Source of the DNA: an uncultured Poribacteria bacterium
GTDB lineage: Bacteria > Poribacteria > WGA-4E > WGA-3G
Direction of reading: 5' to 3'
Assembly (NCBI GenBank): GCA_951828385.1
Contig: OX639973.1
Coordinates: 1,728,470-1,792,469, forward strand
Length of the DNA: 64,000 nucleotides
The translations under genes and the position numbers were made by a program. Each line of letters opens with the position of its first letter. Within the stretch, counting starts at the first letter, position 1. The notes under the pieces were generated by a model. The model had not been told where the DNA came from. It did not search any database and saw nothing but the letters and a program-made list of their open reading frames with translations. Shown here piece by piece: positions 37,443 to 49,000 of the stretch.

Positions 37443-37670
37443 TCAAAAGATAAGGTCATCACCACTCACCTCGGACAAGTCAAGTGCCGAGGTATTCCCT
37501 ATTTTGAGTTTCTCGGCATAAATCTCGTCCCATGTCTGTGCAAGGGATGGACGGATTAGGATGCCATCATCTGTTCTTTCAAGCACAACACCCGATTCCA
37601 ACCCCAATTCTTTCACCCAGTCAAGAGGCAATTTGATTTTATAATCAGTTTCCAACGCAAGCGTTTTCAT
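37443..37670 (-). CDS. AbrB/MazE-like antitoxin
   Basis: IKLPLDWVKELGL..GVVLE...DGILIRP swapped-hairpin pattern. Confidence 0.7.
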   Translation of the reverse strand: MKTLALETDYKIKLPLDWVKELGLESGVVLERTDDGILIRPSLAQTWDEIYAEKLKIGNTSALDLSEVSGDDLIF

Positions 37671-37789
37671 GGTATCCACCTTTTCCTACAAATAGTTAAG
37701 AAAGTATACCACAACTCGCGTCGGTTATCAACGGTTTTAGTGGCAAATTTCTAATTGGCGGGGTGAGGAGTTGGCGTTTTCTTGTTATC

Positions 37790-37920
37790 TGAATCGCGGA
37801 TTAGCACGGATGACACAGATTTCGCGGATTTTAAGAGTAACTCTGTTCGTAGTTGCGCAATTCATTGCGTCTCTTGTCAGAATCGCGGATTTTCGCGGAT
37901 GACACAGATTTCGCGGATTG
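37790..37920. repeat. GAATCGCGGATT...CGGATGACACAGATTTCGCGGATT repeat (two copies here, a third near 37105)
   Basis: Direct repeats read from the sequence. Confidence 0.75.
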
Positions 37921-37972
37921 GCACTCTGTAACATCAAGTAATCTACTAAAAGCACAGTTTTTTGTTTTGCTG

Positions 37973-39694
37973 CTATGTCTGTGAGGGAGTTAGCAGTGCG
38001 GCGATGTCTGCTGGCAACTGGATACCCGTTTTCTGCTCAAAATCTTCGACGTTTGCGTAATCATTATGGAGTTCAGCAATGAGGTCCATACCAAGGTCTT
38101 GGGCTGTGATAAAGTCGGATTTGGCTTTTTCCCATTTTTTCATGTATAACCACAGTTGCGCGCGGATGACATAAGCTTGGGCAGAATCCGGACTGAGTTG
38201 TATCACTTTGGTACAGTCTTCAATAGCACTGTCAAAATCACCTTTAGTATAGTAAGTAGCACTTCGATTGTAATAAGTTATGGCATCATTCGGATTGAGT
38301 AGTATCACTTTGGTATAGTCTTCAATAGCACTGTCAAAATTGCCTTTTTCCCTATAAACATTGCCTCGATCGCGATATGCCTTGACATAATCAGGTTTTA
38401 GTTCTATTGCTTTTGTATAGTCTTCAATAGCAAGATCAATCTTATCTATTTCCTCGTAAACAGCACCTCGGTTGTAATAAGCGTTGGCATAATCAGGTTT
38501 GAGTTTTATTGCGGTGTTATAGTCTTTTATGGCATTATCAAGATCGTCTTTGTCAGCGTAAGCATTACCCCGATTGTTATATGCCGTGCTATAATTAGGG
38601 TCTATTTTTATCGCTGTGTTATAGTCTCTGATAGCATTGTCAATGTCGCCTTTATCTCTATAAGCATTGCCTCGATTGCTATATGCCTCGGTATAATCTG
38701 GGTTGAGTTTTATCGCTGTGTTATAGTCATTGATAGCATTGTCAAAATCGTCTATGTTAACGTAAACATTGCCCCGATTGTTGAAGGCACTGGCATTACA
38801 AGGGTCCATCTCCATAGATTTGTTCAAGTCTCGAAGAGCACTGTCAAAATCGTCTTTTATATTGTAAGCCGCTCCCCGGTTACTGTAGGCCGTGGCATAA
38901 TTGGGATTGAGTTGTATCGCTTTACTATAGTCTTTAATAGCTTTGTTAACCTCACCTTTGCGGATGTAAGCTGTTCCTCGATTGTTGTAGGCTGTGGCAT
39001 AATCGGGATTGAGTTGTATCGCTTTGCTCAAATCCACAATAGCTTTGTCAAACTTGTCAAGATTAATATAAGCAGCCCCCCGGTTGTTATAGGCTGCAAC
39101 ATCTTTCGGACTGAGTTCAACTGTTCGTGAGTATGCCTTTAACGCCTCGTCTATTTGCCCCAAAATCATCATGAAGTTACCCCGATGGAATGCTAAAGAA
39201 GCGAGTGTTTCTATTTCCTCGGGTGTTACACTGGGTGAAGGCTTTGCTTGAGATTGCATTTCGTTTATAACCTTTCGGATGCCCTCTACTACACTCATCC
39301 ACCCTTTGCTCTCAGGGTTCCATTCGTTAATATCGTAAATTGGTTTGCCTTTTTCGGGAAGAGCTTGGAAATCACTAAGTTGATGATTTTGCCAATCGCA
39401 GTGTTCAAGGATAATCGGAATCACTCTTATGTTTGGATTTAACGCAGCAGTTAATTCTTTATTGCAGTTTTCAGAAGCGAGACTATACCGACAAGTAAGG
39501 TAGAGTAGAATGTCCGAATCGGCAAGATTGTTGAAAATTGCATCCCGCCATCTATCACCGGGTAGGATTTCGTTGTCGTGCCAGACATCAATTAACCCGT
39601 TTTGCCTCAGAACATCAAGGCTGGTTATCAATTCGTCCTTTGCTTCTGAATTTTTATGTGCATAGGTAATGAAAATCTTCAGCCCTTTATTCAT
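37973..39694 (-). CDS. TIR domain plus TPR repeat protein
   Basis: KIFITYAHK, VWHD..I.PG, SENCNKEL (TIR with conserved Glu); about 10 AYxNRG TPR repeats; overlaps the MTase stop by 8 nt. Confidence 0.9.
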   Translation of the reverse strand: MNKGLKIFITYAHKNSEAKDELITSLDVLRQNGLIDVWHDNEILPGDRWRDAIFNNLADSDILLYLTCRYSLASENCNKELTAALNPNIRVIPIILEHCDWQNHQLSDFQALPEKGKPIYDINEWNPESKGWMSVVEGIRKVINEMQSQAKPSPSVTPEEIETLASLAFHRGNFMMILGQIDEALKAYSRTVELSPKDVAAYNNRGAAYINLDKFDKAIVDLSKAIQLNPDYATAYNNRGTAYIRKGEVNKAIKDYSKAIQLNPNYATAYSNRGAAYNIKDDFDSALRDLNKSMEMDPCNASAFNNRGNVYVNIDDFDNAINDYNTAIKLNPDYTEAYSNRGNAYRDKGDIDNAIRDYNTAIKIDPNYSTAYNNRGNAYADKDDLDNAIKDYNTAIKLKPDYANAYYNRGAVYEEIDKIDLAIEDYTKAIELKPDYVKAYRDRGNVYREKGNFDSAIEDYTKVILLNPNDAITYYNRSATYYTKGDFDSAIEDCTKVIQLSPDSAQAYVIRAQLWLYMKKWEKAKSDFITAQDLGMDLIAELHNDYANVEDFEQKTGIQLPADIAALLTPSQT

Positions 39695-42600
39695 CCTTTC
39701 CCTCCACAATCGCAATCTCATCTTCCGTTAAATTATACAATTCATACACCAATTTATCAATCTCATCTTCAAGGGAGGAAGTGTCTGCTTCGGAGTCAGT
39801 GTGTTTAGCGTCAAGGATTTCGTCAACTTGCATTTCAATCTGTTTGACAATGGATTGGTTTGCATCGGTGATAGGTGGAATAGGAAAGTTTTTCATAAAC
39901 TCACTTTTAAACCTGACTCCTTTTGAACCTAAATGACCACCAGCATAGTAACTTTTGAATGCGAAAAGGAAAAACCCTGAATTTAAGAGACCAAGCAAGT
40001 AAGTGAGATTTTTGCCCGTTAAAAACCTTGTCGTATCAAGCGAATAGAATTTGTTTTTATCAATAAGAAATTTCCCTTCTTTTGCCATCTCTTGCCAAAC
40101 AATCTTTTCCTTATCAAATTCTGAGTAGTAGGCACAAGCCCTGAGATTCCACCAATTTTCGCCTTGATCGTCTCTATTCAAGAGTCCTTTACCTTTCATT
40201 TTTATGATTCCCGAGTCCATCCGTTTTGCTAAGGTCTCAAGGTGATTATAGATAGCGGGATATTTATTGGGAATATCCAGATCGGAACCTGTTGCGAGTA
40301 TGTAAAATTTCCCTTGTTGAGCATGGTAACGTTTAATGTCTTTTCCGCGTAGGAGTGGTTTTATGATTTCTGCTGACTTTGGGTCTTGCTTTATGAGTTG
40401 CTCACGTTTTGCTTCGTCTATGATGAATGCTTCATTACAACCTGTTATGATTCCACGATAGATGTTTATATCCCAATCTTTAAGCGGTTTGCCGATACCC
40501 TCTATTTTGCGTTTCAGGTTGAGTTCGGCAGGTGAGAGTATCGCCCACGGTTCACCTTTAGCAGGCATCTCCATAGTCGCGCCATTGGTACTCAAATACC
40601 GGACTATGCTGCCGGTCTGTCTGTCAAAGTCTGCTCCCAGAGATACACCTCTAAAGGCAGCGGGTACATCGGATACACTCTTTTGAAAAAGCAAGATGTT
40701 TGTGTCAACGGTGGCATCAAACACGTCTGGTCCCATATCCAGCAGTTGAATCGGTTGGGTAAGTGTTACAAAGTAATCCCTCAATTTTTTACCGTAACCA
40801 GCGCGCATCCATTTATTAGAAGTAATCAAACAGGCATGTCCATTGGTTTTCAAAAGTTGATTCGCTTTTTCATAGAACAAACAGTAAATATCGCCTGTAC
40901 GGGCGAAGGTTTCAAAACCTGCGCCTTGATAAAGTTTCCCAAGTCTCCCATTTTCCTTTTGCAATTGGACATAAGGCGGATTTCCAAGTACCACATCAAC
41001 TCCGTCTCTGATGCCAAACATCCGTTCCGGTTCAAACCAATCTGTCTTTGCGTTCTGGTCGTAGGGTTTCCAGCGAACGATTTTGCGAGCGTTTTCAAAT
41101 TCGGCATCAAATTCTTTCTTACGCGTTTCAAACGTTTTCTGTTCCTTCTCTCGCAACTGTTCACGCAGTTCAGCGGTGGGAAGTTGGTTCACTTTTTGAT
41201 CTATTTCTCGTTGTCGGCTCTCTATCCATTCTGTTCGCTGCCGCTCCAATTCTTCCTCCAATTGTTGGCGGCAATCTTCTTCTTGCTCTTCAAGTTTACG
41301 TTTTTGTGTTCGGTTGTTTGCGAGAAAAAACTTTTCACGAATCCCGTCAATTTCTTTTAGCAATTGCTGTACGGTATCATCTTGAAACAATCCCCTTGTT
41401 TCGGATAAATCTATGCCTATCAGTGTATCCGCAGCAACAAAACGTGTCTCCAAATTCGGCAGCGGTTTGATACCGAAGTTCTCCGCGTCTCTGTCCGGTT
41501 CCTGCTCAATAGCAAGCGATATGAAAAAGCGGAGTTTAGCGATTTGACACGCAATCGGTTGGATATCCACACCGAAGATGCTATTTTGGATTAGGTATAA
41601 TTTCCGTCCAAAATCCGAATCACGGTAACGCTCAAAAGTATCACTGATTTCGGAGAGCTCATCCTTCCGTTCCTGTGGATTTTGGGTGTTGAAGGCATTT
41701 GCAGCGCGTTCTTTTGCAAGTTGCATCTGTAATGCTTCCCATCGGTTGTTATCAGGGTCAAGTCGCCGGAGTGCCAGCGTCAACTTGTGGAGTATACCCA
41801 TTGGAAATGCCCCGGAACCGACGGCTGGATCCAATATCTTGAGTTCAGAAATTGTTTTCACAATCGCGTCCGTTTCGCGGTTGTCAAACCATTCGTGAGC
41901 ATCGTCAAACATTTTGGCATAGTCAAACAGGTATCGCAATCGTTCGTCCCAAAGTTCTGAATTACCATCACTCGGTTGACACTTTTGGGATAACGCAGCA
42001 ACTAACGCCTCCTCCACCATATAGTCTACGATAGCGCGTGGGGTGTAATAGGAGCCTGTCATCTTGCGCGCCGTTTCTCCCGTTTCCGGGTTGATAGCGG
42101 CGAGTAGGTTTTCAAACACCCTGCCGAGCAGTTCGGGGTCCAGTGCAACCTCCTGATCTACCGGCGTGTTCTCTTCAACGGTGAATTTGTAGTGTTCAAG
42201 TAAAGGGATCAATCCGTGCTGTGCGTCAAAAAAGAGGTGGTTCGGGATGGATAGCTTATGGTACTGATTATCAGAAAAGCAGTCTATTCGGTAACCGCCT
42301 TCACCTGTTGCCTTGAAACTATCCAGACAGTCAAACAAGCCACCGTTGATGAACGGCGTTTTGTCAAAAAATTCTAATAGCTTATCAGGCGCGCGCATCT
42401 GCTTCTTGTAGCGATACCGTGAGAAATTGCGGTGATTAGAATTGCCGCCCTTGCTAAACGTCCGTTTGTCTATCTCTGTGTTCAACGTTGCGAAAAAGAG
42501 GTTTTGTAGCACAGCACGGTAGTAAGAATCGCCGTTGTCAAAACCATTCTCTGTCAAAAGGTTTTGAACTTGTGCTTTGTTAAAGAGTTCATCTGCCACC

Positions 42601-43442
42601 AATCCTTTTTCCTTGATAAACCAGATAAAGAGCAGACGCGTGATGAGTCGGATAACATGCTCTTCCGGTTTTATCATACGATTCTCATCTGTCGGGAAGG
42701 TTGCCTCTTTAACTGCCCATTCATACCACGCGAACAGTTTCCGATAGAATTGCTTGTTGAGTGCTTCTGTATTGAGAATACCTTCCCACGCTTTATGGAG
42801 TGTGTCAAAGTTGGTAACGTCTTCAATTTCAATAAGGCTACGGAGGTGGAGTTCCGAGAGGATGTCAATATGGGCGCGCTTGGGGGAATCAAGGTTAATG
42901 TCCTTGATGAGCGTCACTTTTTCCAATACCTGCTTATTAGAGGTACGTTTGTGGTGCCTGCGGTTGATTATGGCGAGCGAGAGCACAGCACCGTATCGGA
43001 ACATCACCATGATAGATTTTTCAAATGCTTTGTTAATAAAACGGGTGATGTCAGCAAGTTGTGTGCGCGTGTAGGTATTTTTAGTCAGTTGAACGGTGAC
43101 GAACATATAAGAGGTTCTGAGTGCATCGTCTATGTGGGTACTCTCAAATAACGAACCCTGCTCTGGGTCTACCTGTTGGTTAATCTCATCGTCCGCTACT
43201 TGCATGATTTGGAAAAAGGATTGCCACTCTTCAATGCGGAGTTTATCAGATGGCTTGGCGGTGTCAAGGGCGGATTCGACGAGACGGTCAAACCTATTGC
43301 TGTCGATTGCATCATTTCCGACTCGCTTGCTGTAGTAGCCGAGGGTGTTCAGGAGAGTTGTGGCGGCTTCCCTTAGCGGTTGGTTATCGAAATTCTTTAG
43401 GGCGTTCTCAATGTTCTGTTTAATTGTTATGTCTGAATTCAT
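39687..43442 (-). CDS. Large Eco57I/type IIG-like N6-adenine DNA methyltransferase with TaqI-like C-terminal TRD
   Basis: GSYYTP, ILDPAVGSGAF, FGVDIQ, GNPPY, YLLGLLNS, EIDKLVYELYNLT. Confidence 0.9.
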   Translation of the reverse strand: MNSDITIKQNIENALKNFDNQPLREAATTLLNTLGYYSKRVGNDAIDSNRFDRLVESALDTAKPSDKLRIEEWQSFFQIMQVADDEINQQVDPEQGSLFESTHIDDALRTSYMFVTVQLTKNTYTRTQLADITRFINKAFEKSIMVMFRYGAVLSLAIINRRHHKRTSNKQVLEKVTLIKDINLDSPKRAHIDILSELHLRSLIEIEDVTNFDTLHKAWEGILNTEALNKQFYRKLFAWYEWAVKEATFPTDENRMIKPEEHVIRLITRLLFIWFIKEKGLVADELFNKAQVQNLLTENGFDNGDSYYRAVLQNLFFATLNTEIDKRTFSKGGNSNHRNFSRYRYKKQMRAPDKLLEFFDKTPFINGGLFDCLDSFKATGEGGYRIDCFSDNQYHKLSIPNHLFFDAQHGLIPLLEHYKFTVEENTPVDQEVALDPELLGRVFENLLAAINPETGETARKMTGSYYTPRAIVDYMVEEALVAALSQKCQPSDGNSELWDERLRYLFDYAKMFDDAHEWFDNRETDAIVKTISELKILDPAVGSGAFPMGILHKLTLALRRLDPDNNRWEALQMQLAKERAANAFNTQNPQERKDELSEISDTFERYRDSDFGRKLYLIQNSIFGVDIQPIACQIAKLRFFISLAIEQEPDRDAENFGIKPLPNLETRFVAADTLIGIDLSETRGLFQDDTVQQLLKEIDGIREKFFLANNRTQKRKLEEQEEDCRQQLEEELERQRTEWIESRQREIDQKVNQLPTAELREQLREKEQKTFETRKKEFDAEFENARKIVRWKPYDQNAKTDWFEPERMFGIRDGVDVVLGNPPYVQLQKENGRLGKLYQGAGFETFARTGDIYCLFYEKANQLLKTNGHACLITSNKWMRAGYGKKLRDYFVTLTQPIQLLDMGPDVFDATVDTNILLFQKSVSDVPAAFRGVSLGADFDRQTGSIVRYLSTNGATMEMPAKGEPWAILSPAELNLKRKIEGIGKPLKDWDINIYRGIITGCNEAFIIDEAKREQLIKQDPKSAEIIKPLLRGKDIKRYHAQQGKFYILATGSDLDIPNKYPAIYNHLETLAKRMDSGIIKMKGKGLLNRDDQGENWWNLRACAYYSEFDKEKIVWQEMAKEGKFLIDKNKFYSLDTTRFLTGKNLTYLLGLLNSGFFLFAFKSYYAGGHLGSKGVRFKSEFMKNFPIPPITDANQSIVKQIEMQVDEILDAKHTDSEADTSSLEDEIDKLVYELYNLTEDEIAIVEGKDE

Positions 43443-43461
43443 AGGCTACCTTTCTCAGTTA

Positions 43462-43701
43462 TCAATCCATAATGACACCTATCGGGTATTGTCCGGTCGG
43501 CGCAGTCGGTTCGATAGAGAATCCGAAGTTCGGATGCGACGGGTCCGGGTCCGTGCCGATCGAGTACGTGAACGGCACCGTGATGATATGCGTACCATAT
43601 CCCGTAATGGTTTTCTTTCGATGGGCTTCCGGTATTTGAAGCGTACAATTGATGTTAACCGTCACACAAACCGTAAATACATCCGTACAAATCGAAGACA
43701 T
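43462..43701 (-). CDS. Small hypothetical protein
   Basis: AGAGGA RBS; fills the gap in a co-oriented run of genes. Confidence 0.4.
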   Translation of the reverse strand: MSSICTDVFTVCVTVNINCTLQIPEAHRKKTITGYGTHIITVPFTYSIGTDPDPSHPNFGFSIEPTAPTGQYPIGVIMD

Positions 43702-43724
43702 TTGCTATTCCTCTAACATTACCC

Positions 43725-43946
43725 CTAATTGCATGTGTTGTGAGATGACGCGACCGGGGCCCGGATCGTAATCTGGGTCCATATAGACGCACGCAATCCC
43801 TTCCCGTTTTTTATTGCCGTGTTGCACTTCAACGATTTCCCAAAAGTTACGGGTCTGCCTACTAATGCTTCTTGCATTGGGGTCTCCTTTAGTTCATCCA
43901 CCACAATTAGCGGATATTGGTTTTCGATACACTTATTTGTCGCCAT
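43725..43946 (-). CDS. Small hypothetical protein
   Basis: ATG directly follows the zincin stop (TAAATG). Confidence 0.35.
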   Translation of the reverse strand: MATNKCIENQYPLIVVDELKETPMQEALVGRPVTFGKSLKCNTAIKNGKGLRASIWTQITIRAPVASSHNTCN

Positions 43947-44927
43947 TTATTCATACTTCCTCGATTCAACTGCACGTAGATTTATCGGATCAAACCACTC
44001 CGCGAGCAACGTATACATCAACGGCTCTCTCTCACGAAATAGGTCGAGGGCATGTGCTTTCTCTTCTAACGAAAACCAGAGAAACCAGTGTTTTACGCCC
44101 TCTGCCCAGTATTCCCCCTTCGTTGTCAGTGCGTAACTTCCGAGAGAACTGCCAGTTTCTCTTGCAGACTGGAAAGCGGCTTTGAGACGGGCATCAAAAG
44201 TCGTATCTAAGAGCTCAATTGCTATATGGATGGCATGCGCAAACTCATGGATGAATATCTCAAAACCCGAGTTAAAACCCGGTACAACATATACATTCGC
44301 CCAACCATAAGAAGAACCAAGTCCCCCTATCGTTACGATAGGATAGTCAATCGCACCATTCCCTAAGTGTATCTCAGGTATCACTGTGCGACCCTGATGT
44401 GCATTTACAAGAATCATACGGAATTTAGGGCTCGGTGTCGTGCGTCCGGTAACATCGTGTCTACAGCAGTGCTGCGTTGCGCCGGGTCGGTTTTCACGCG
44501 TAGGTGTGAGTAGTTCCCGGAGTTCAGGTCTCTTAAATGTCATGCCCAAAACGATGTCCCGTGCTACATAAAATAAACGGTCATCGATAAGCCCGTTCCC
44601 CATGATCGCAACACCGCCAGCGCTCACATATTTCGTGTAGTACGCTTCCTGCTCACGTCTGAGACATATCTGGTGGATCAGGGCCTTTGCCCGAATATCG
44701 TCGGGGTCATTATCACCCTCTATAGTATCCTCAAGTTCTGCCATGAGCGTGTCCACATCCTTGCCCCAGATGATGTCTTGGATGTTTATTGGCACGGGTC
44801 CGACATCCGGCAACGCTGCAGGTGCGGTCGGCGCAAGCCCGTCGAGCAGCACGCCTTCATCGCCACAGCCCCACGTCAAACAGAGAAAAAGTATCAGAAT
44901 TAGAAACGCTTTTATTTTTATGTGCAT
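43947..44927 (-). CDS. Lipoprotein zinc metallopeptidase (HExxH...E, lethal-factor/PPEP-like zincin)
   Basis: Lipobox-like LTWGC; IHEFAHAIH; YA....EYWAEG; GGAGGA RBS. Confidence 0.75.
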   Translation of the reverse strand: MHIKIKAFLILILFLCLTWGCGDEGVLLDGLAPTAPAALPDVGPVPINIQDIIWGKDVDTLMAELEDTIEGDNDPDDIRAKALIHQICLRREQEAYYTKYVSAGGVAIMGNGLIDDRLFYVARDIVLGMTFKRPELRELLTPTRENRPGATQHCCRHDVTGRTTPSPKFRMILVNAHQGRTVIPEIHLGNGAIDYPIVTIGGLGSSYGWANVYVVPGFNSGFEIFIHEFAHAIHIAIELLDTTFDARLKAAFQSARETGSSLGSYALTTKGEYWAEGVKHWFLWFSLEEKAHALDLFREREPLMYTLLAEWFDPINLRAVESRKYE

Positions 44928-45145
44928 TGGATGTCCTCCTAACTGCCGCTACCACTGCCACTGTCATAGATCGTGAACGAAAAATCAAATGAATCGTCTG
45001 GCATACTCAACATCGCTGGCATCACCTGCTTCTGTTTTCTCTTGTTCCGCCGCAATGGGTTCTCCTGTAGCGGTCTGTGAACCCGAAGTCGCGACCGCAA
45101 GCCGTTGTTCGTCTTGATAGTCGACAAGGAATACGTAGCATTTAC

Positions 45146-45219
45146 ATCTATATCGTAGCACATACTTCCAGTTTGTGCTCTATATCTATATCGTAGCACA
45201 TACTTCCAGTTTGTGCTAC
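45146..45219 (+). repeat. Two REP copies at the RAYT 3' flank
   Basis: GTAGCACATACTTCCAGTTTGTGC at 45155 and 45193. Confidence 0.85.
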
Positions 45220-45236
45220 GAAGATTTCAGATATTG

Positions 45237-45908
45237 CTACAAGTCGCATGTTTTGGATAGGTAATTCCACTTCCATTCTTTCCATTCTTTGACTAAACCT
45301 ATTTTTACCGGATTATTGAGGACATATCTAATAATCCGATGCAGTTCATCTGGATTACGGATACAATGGTCGTAACTTTCGTGTTGCCAGAATGCACCAC
45401 TACGTCCCAATATTTGATTTGCTTTTTGTGCTGTATAACTTTTGAGTGAATGCATGATGGAAGCTAACGAATGGTAACGCATATTGTGAGTCTGTTTATC
45501 GTCTGTTACAGAAGGTTGGATTTCCAGTGGTGTAAATACGACATGGACATGGTTTGCCATGATGCAGTATGAAATTAAAGAATATACTTTCCCATTTAGG
45601 TGGTGAAGACTCTCGGCTACCAATTTAGCTATCTGTTCGTTTTTGAGCCACACGGGTCCGTTATTTGCTTGGTCTAATGTTTCTTCAAATTTTCGGAACC
45701 ACTCACGTTTCTTGTCTGGGATATCTTGCTTCTGTTTGAAGGTTATCTGTTCTGCTGCTTCAAGTTTTCTCTTTTCTGTGATGTACTGTTGTAAGATATG
45801 TTTCGGTATTGATCCTGTCAGGTTAAATGTTATGAAGAAGGTTGCCCCTGGGGGTTGTATATGTGGTAAGTTACGACGATAGTATGATTTGTAGTTATAT
45901 TGATTCAT
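45237..45908 (-). mobile_element. rayT: REP-associated tyrosine transposase (RAYT/TnpA-REP, HUH Y1)
   Basis: RRNLPH, FFITF, IMANHVH (HUH), FWQHESYDH, RYVLNNPVK catalytic Tyr. Confidence 0.9.
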
Positions 45909-45941
45909 TTTTAGCTTTTCCGTTTTACATCTATATTTTTT

Positions 45942-46047
45942 GTAGTGTCCACTTCCGAAGTGGCGCATCCATTATCTGTGTAGCGTCCATTTCTATTTGG
46001 CGAAAAACAGAATTCTACAGAAGACACAATCTGGAAGATTGTGGTAC
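45942..46047. repeat. Degenerate REP hairpins at the RAYT 5' flank
   Basis: GTAGTGTCCACTTCCGAAGTGGCGC; CACAATCTGGAAGATTGTGGTAC (inverted copy). Confidence 0.6.
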
Positions 46048-46055
46048 AACATGGG

Positions 46056-49000
46056 CTAATGTCTAATGACTAACCACGTAACGAGTTCAAATTCAGTTTT
46101 TTCTGTAATCTGACTATCGGCGGTTGGGAGCAGTGCATCAGGGCTTGCATCGAGTTGGTCGTTGACTTTTTGGTTGTATTCCTTGCGAATTGAATTGAGG
46201 GCTACATCGAGTAGCATCTCATAGATCGTCATATCGTTGCCGTTGTCGGTTTCTTCGTTGAAATAGTTGCAGAGCTCTTGATCGTGATTTGTCTTTCCGA
46301 CACAGAGAATGCTGAAGCGTTCTAAAATCCGTTTAGGATTTGTGAATCCGATAGAGATTTCGCCATCATCGCTGATATGGACGAGGTAGTACGGGTGAAT
46401 GGGGTTAAGTTTTTTCCCTTCTTCACTGTCTTCTGCCTCATCGGTCTGCTTTAGACAGAAGATAACCCCCGGTTTAATATTTACAGGAGTGCCATCGTGT
46501 GTGAGCGGTGCGGTAACGGCATATAAGCCAAGCGGGGCATCCCGAAGTTTCGCTTCGTTTTCACGCAGATAGTTGAGTAGCTGCGCACGGAAATCGTCAA
46601 GCGTGAATTGGTTGAGATTCAATTGCTCTTCGATATCCTCAAAGTCAAGGATATCGGTTTGCATGCGGCGGAGTTGCTCGTCGCGGTGCGACCAGACCTG
46701 TTCCATACTCTCTTTTTCCGTCAATGAGAGCAGGTCATCATCACCCGTAGCAGTAAGATTGACGAGTGCCATGCGTGCCTCAACGCGAGGTTTTAAGTTA
46801 ATATATGCGTCGAGTTCAGGGGTAGGCCAGAAGTTGATAAGATGAATTTTCTTGTTCTTGCTGCCGATACGGTCAATTCGTCCGAAACGTTGGATAATCC
46901 GGACGGGGTTCCAGTGGATGTCGTAATTGATGAGATAATCGCAATCTTGTAAGTTTTGTCCTTCGGAGATACAATCGGTAGCGATGAGCAGATCAATTTC
47001 TGGGAGTTCATCTTCGCCTTCTGTTTCACCTTCGTCCCTCTCTTTGGAAATCGGTGAGAAATTGGTAAGAATCTCGTCAAAATCGTTTCGGACGAGTTCG
47101 CTTCTGCTTGCACCACCGGTAACGACAGCGGATTCAATATTAAGCGTCTCCTTTGCCCATTCGTATAGATTATCGTAGAGATAGTTGGCGGTATCGGCAA
47201 AGGCGGTAAAGACGAGAACCTTGCGATTCTCTTTTCCACATCGGTTTTTTGCGGGGTTCTGCACCTTAGCGGCGATCAGCTGCTTGAGTTGCTCCAATTT
47301 GGCATCCCGATCGGACGTAATATTTTGTGCGATTTTGTAAATTTTATCCAATTGCGTTCTATCGTCGTGAAGGTCAGCAAGCCAAGCGTCAAGATCAAGA
47401 TGTTCATAGCGGTAGGTCTGATTTTTTCCCGCCTGCACGCCGGTTTGTAGTTCGTCATCCTCTCCATATTCTTCCGTTGTTTCGGCAAAGGGATCGAACC
47501 CGTTTTCGCTTACAACACTTGCGGTCGCATTCAGAAAGTCCTGAATTTCAGACGCACGCGCTTTGATATTTTCAATGGTGCGTTCAAGGGTTGATGCGAA
47601 GGAGTGGACGCTGCTCTCAAGCCGTTTGAGAAAGTTCACCTTCATCATACCGATGAGGTTAAACTCGCGCTGCTGAAGAAGTCTCTCTCCGTAATGGTGA
47701 CGGCATTCCTGACGAATGTATCTTGACGGATTGAAGATTGCAAGTCGATACCCATCAATCTGGTGGCTGATGGTTTGGTAAGTGGGAAATTTCCCTTGCA
47801 GGTCAATTTCAGGAAAGATGGACTGCGGTGGTTCACGATCCGGGAATTGACCGACCTCTTCAATCGCATTCTCATAGAAGTTTATGACATGGGTCCGAGA
47901 ACGAGCGATAGTGAGTCTATCGAGCAGGGGAAAAAAGTCAGCATTCAGACTTTCCGCAAGACTTTCGTGTTGTTGAGAATTTTTAGGTATCTGCTCTGTT
48001 TCTGTTGTCCACGTATCAAAACGACTTTGTGCAGCGTTGAGCGTTCCTTTAATGCTTGGAATACCAGTCTGTCTAAAAGCGTCGTCCCTATCCTCAGTGA
48101 TTAAACATATTTGATTATCAAGGTCGGTAAGCCGATTGTTGACTGGGGTCGCAGAGAGCATTAAGACTTGGGTTTTGCCGCCACTCTGGATGACATCTTC
48201 CATCAATTTCTCGTAACGGGCACCGCGATTTCGGAAGTTGTGGGATTCGTCGATGACAATAAGATCATATCCATCCCATTCGTGTTGTGCAAGGTCAATA
48301 CCGTTGGATTCTCCACTGTCTCGGCTTAGATCCGTGTGTGCAAGCACGTTGTAACGAAACCGATCGGCTTTCAGGGGATTACGTTTCCTGCGAAAGTGTA
48401 TTGGATAAAGCGTCCAGTTCTTTTCTAATTTTTTAGGGCATAGGACTAAAACATTAGCGTTTCGCAATTCAAAGTACTTGATAATCGCGAGTGCCTCGTA
48501 GGTTTTACCCAATCCGACGCTATCAGCGATAATACAACCGTTGTGTGCCTTGAGTTTCTGGAGGCATGCCTGAACACCGTGTTTTTGAAAAGCGTAGAGT
48601 TTCTGCCAGATTTCTGTCTCCAGGAATGAAGGATTCGCTTCAGCGAACTGCATATCGCTTGCATCTGCCAATATGTTTTCAAAGAGGTGGTAAAGCGTTT
48701 TGTAGTAGATGAATTCGGGGGCTTTGTCCTGATAAGCATTTTTGAGGGTTTGCAACACCTGTGCTTTTACATCCGCCACCTGATCCGATTCCCAAAGGTT
48801 ATCAAACCATGTCTTAAGGTCAGCACAGTCACTTTTACTGTCAACTTCGAGGTTGAGTTCAATGTTGCTTGCTTTTTCGCTTAACCCCAAGCCACGCACG
48901 GTAAAGTTTGAGCTCCCGATAATCGCATCTTCAGTCCTATCGTTCTCTATATAATACATTTTGCCGTGCAGGAAATTTGATTTACGGACTGAACGGATCT

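Noticed and set aside
44939..45199. 86-aa ORF, or a DUF4391-like relic in another frame (YVFLVDYQDEQRLAVA)
   Set aside because: The ORF starts inside REP repeats, and the resemblance is too weak to call without a profile search
45237..45908. IS200/IS605 TnpA mobilising the 4004-4492 element
   Set aside because: Motifs (RRNLPH, FWQ..YDH, NNPVK) and flanking GTAG hairpins indicate a RAYT rather than an IS200 TnpA
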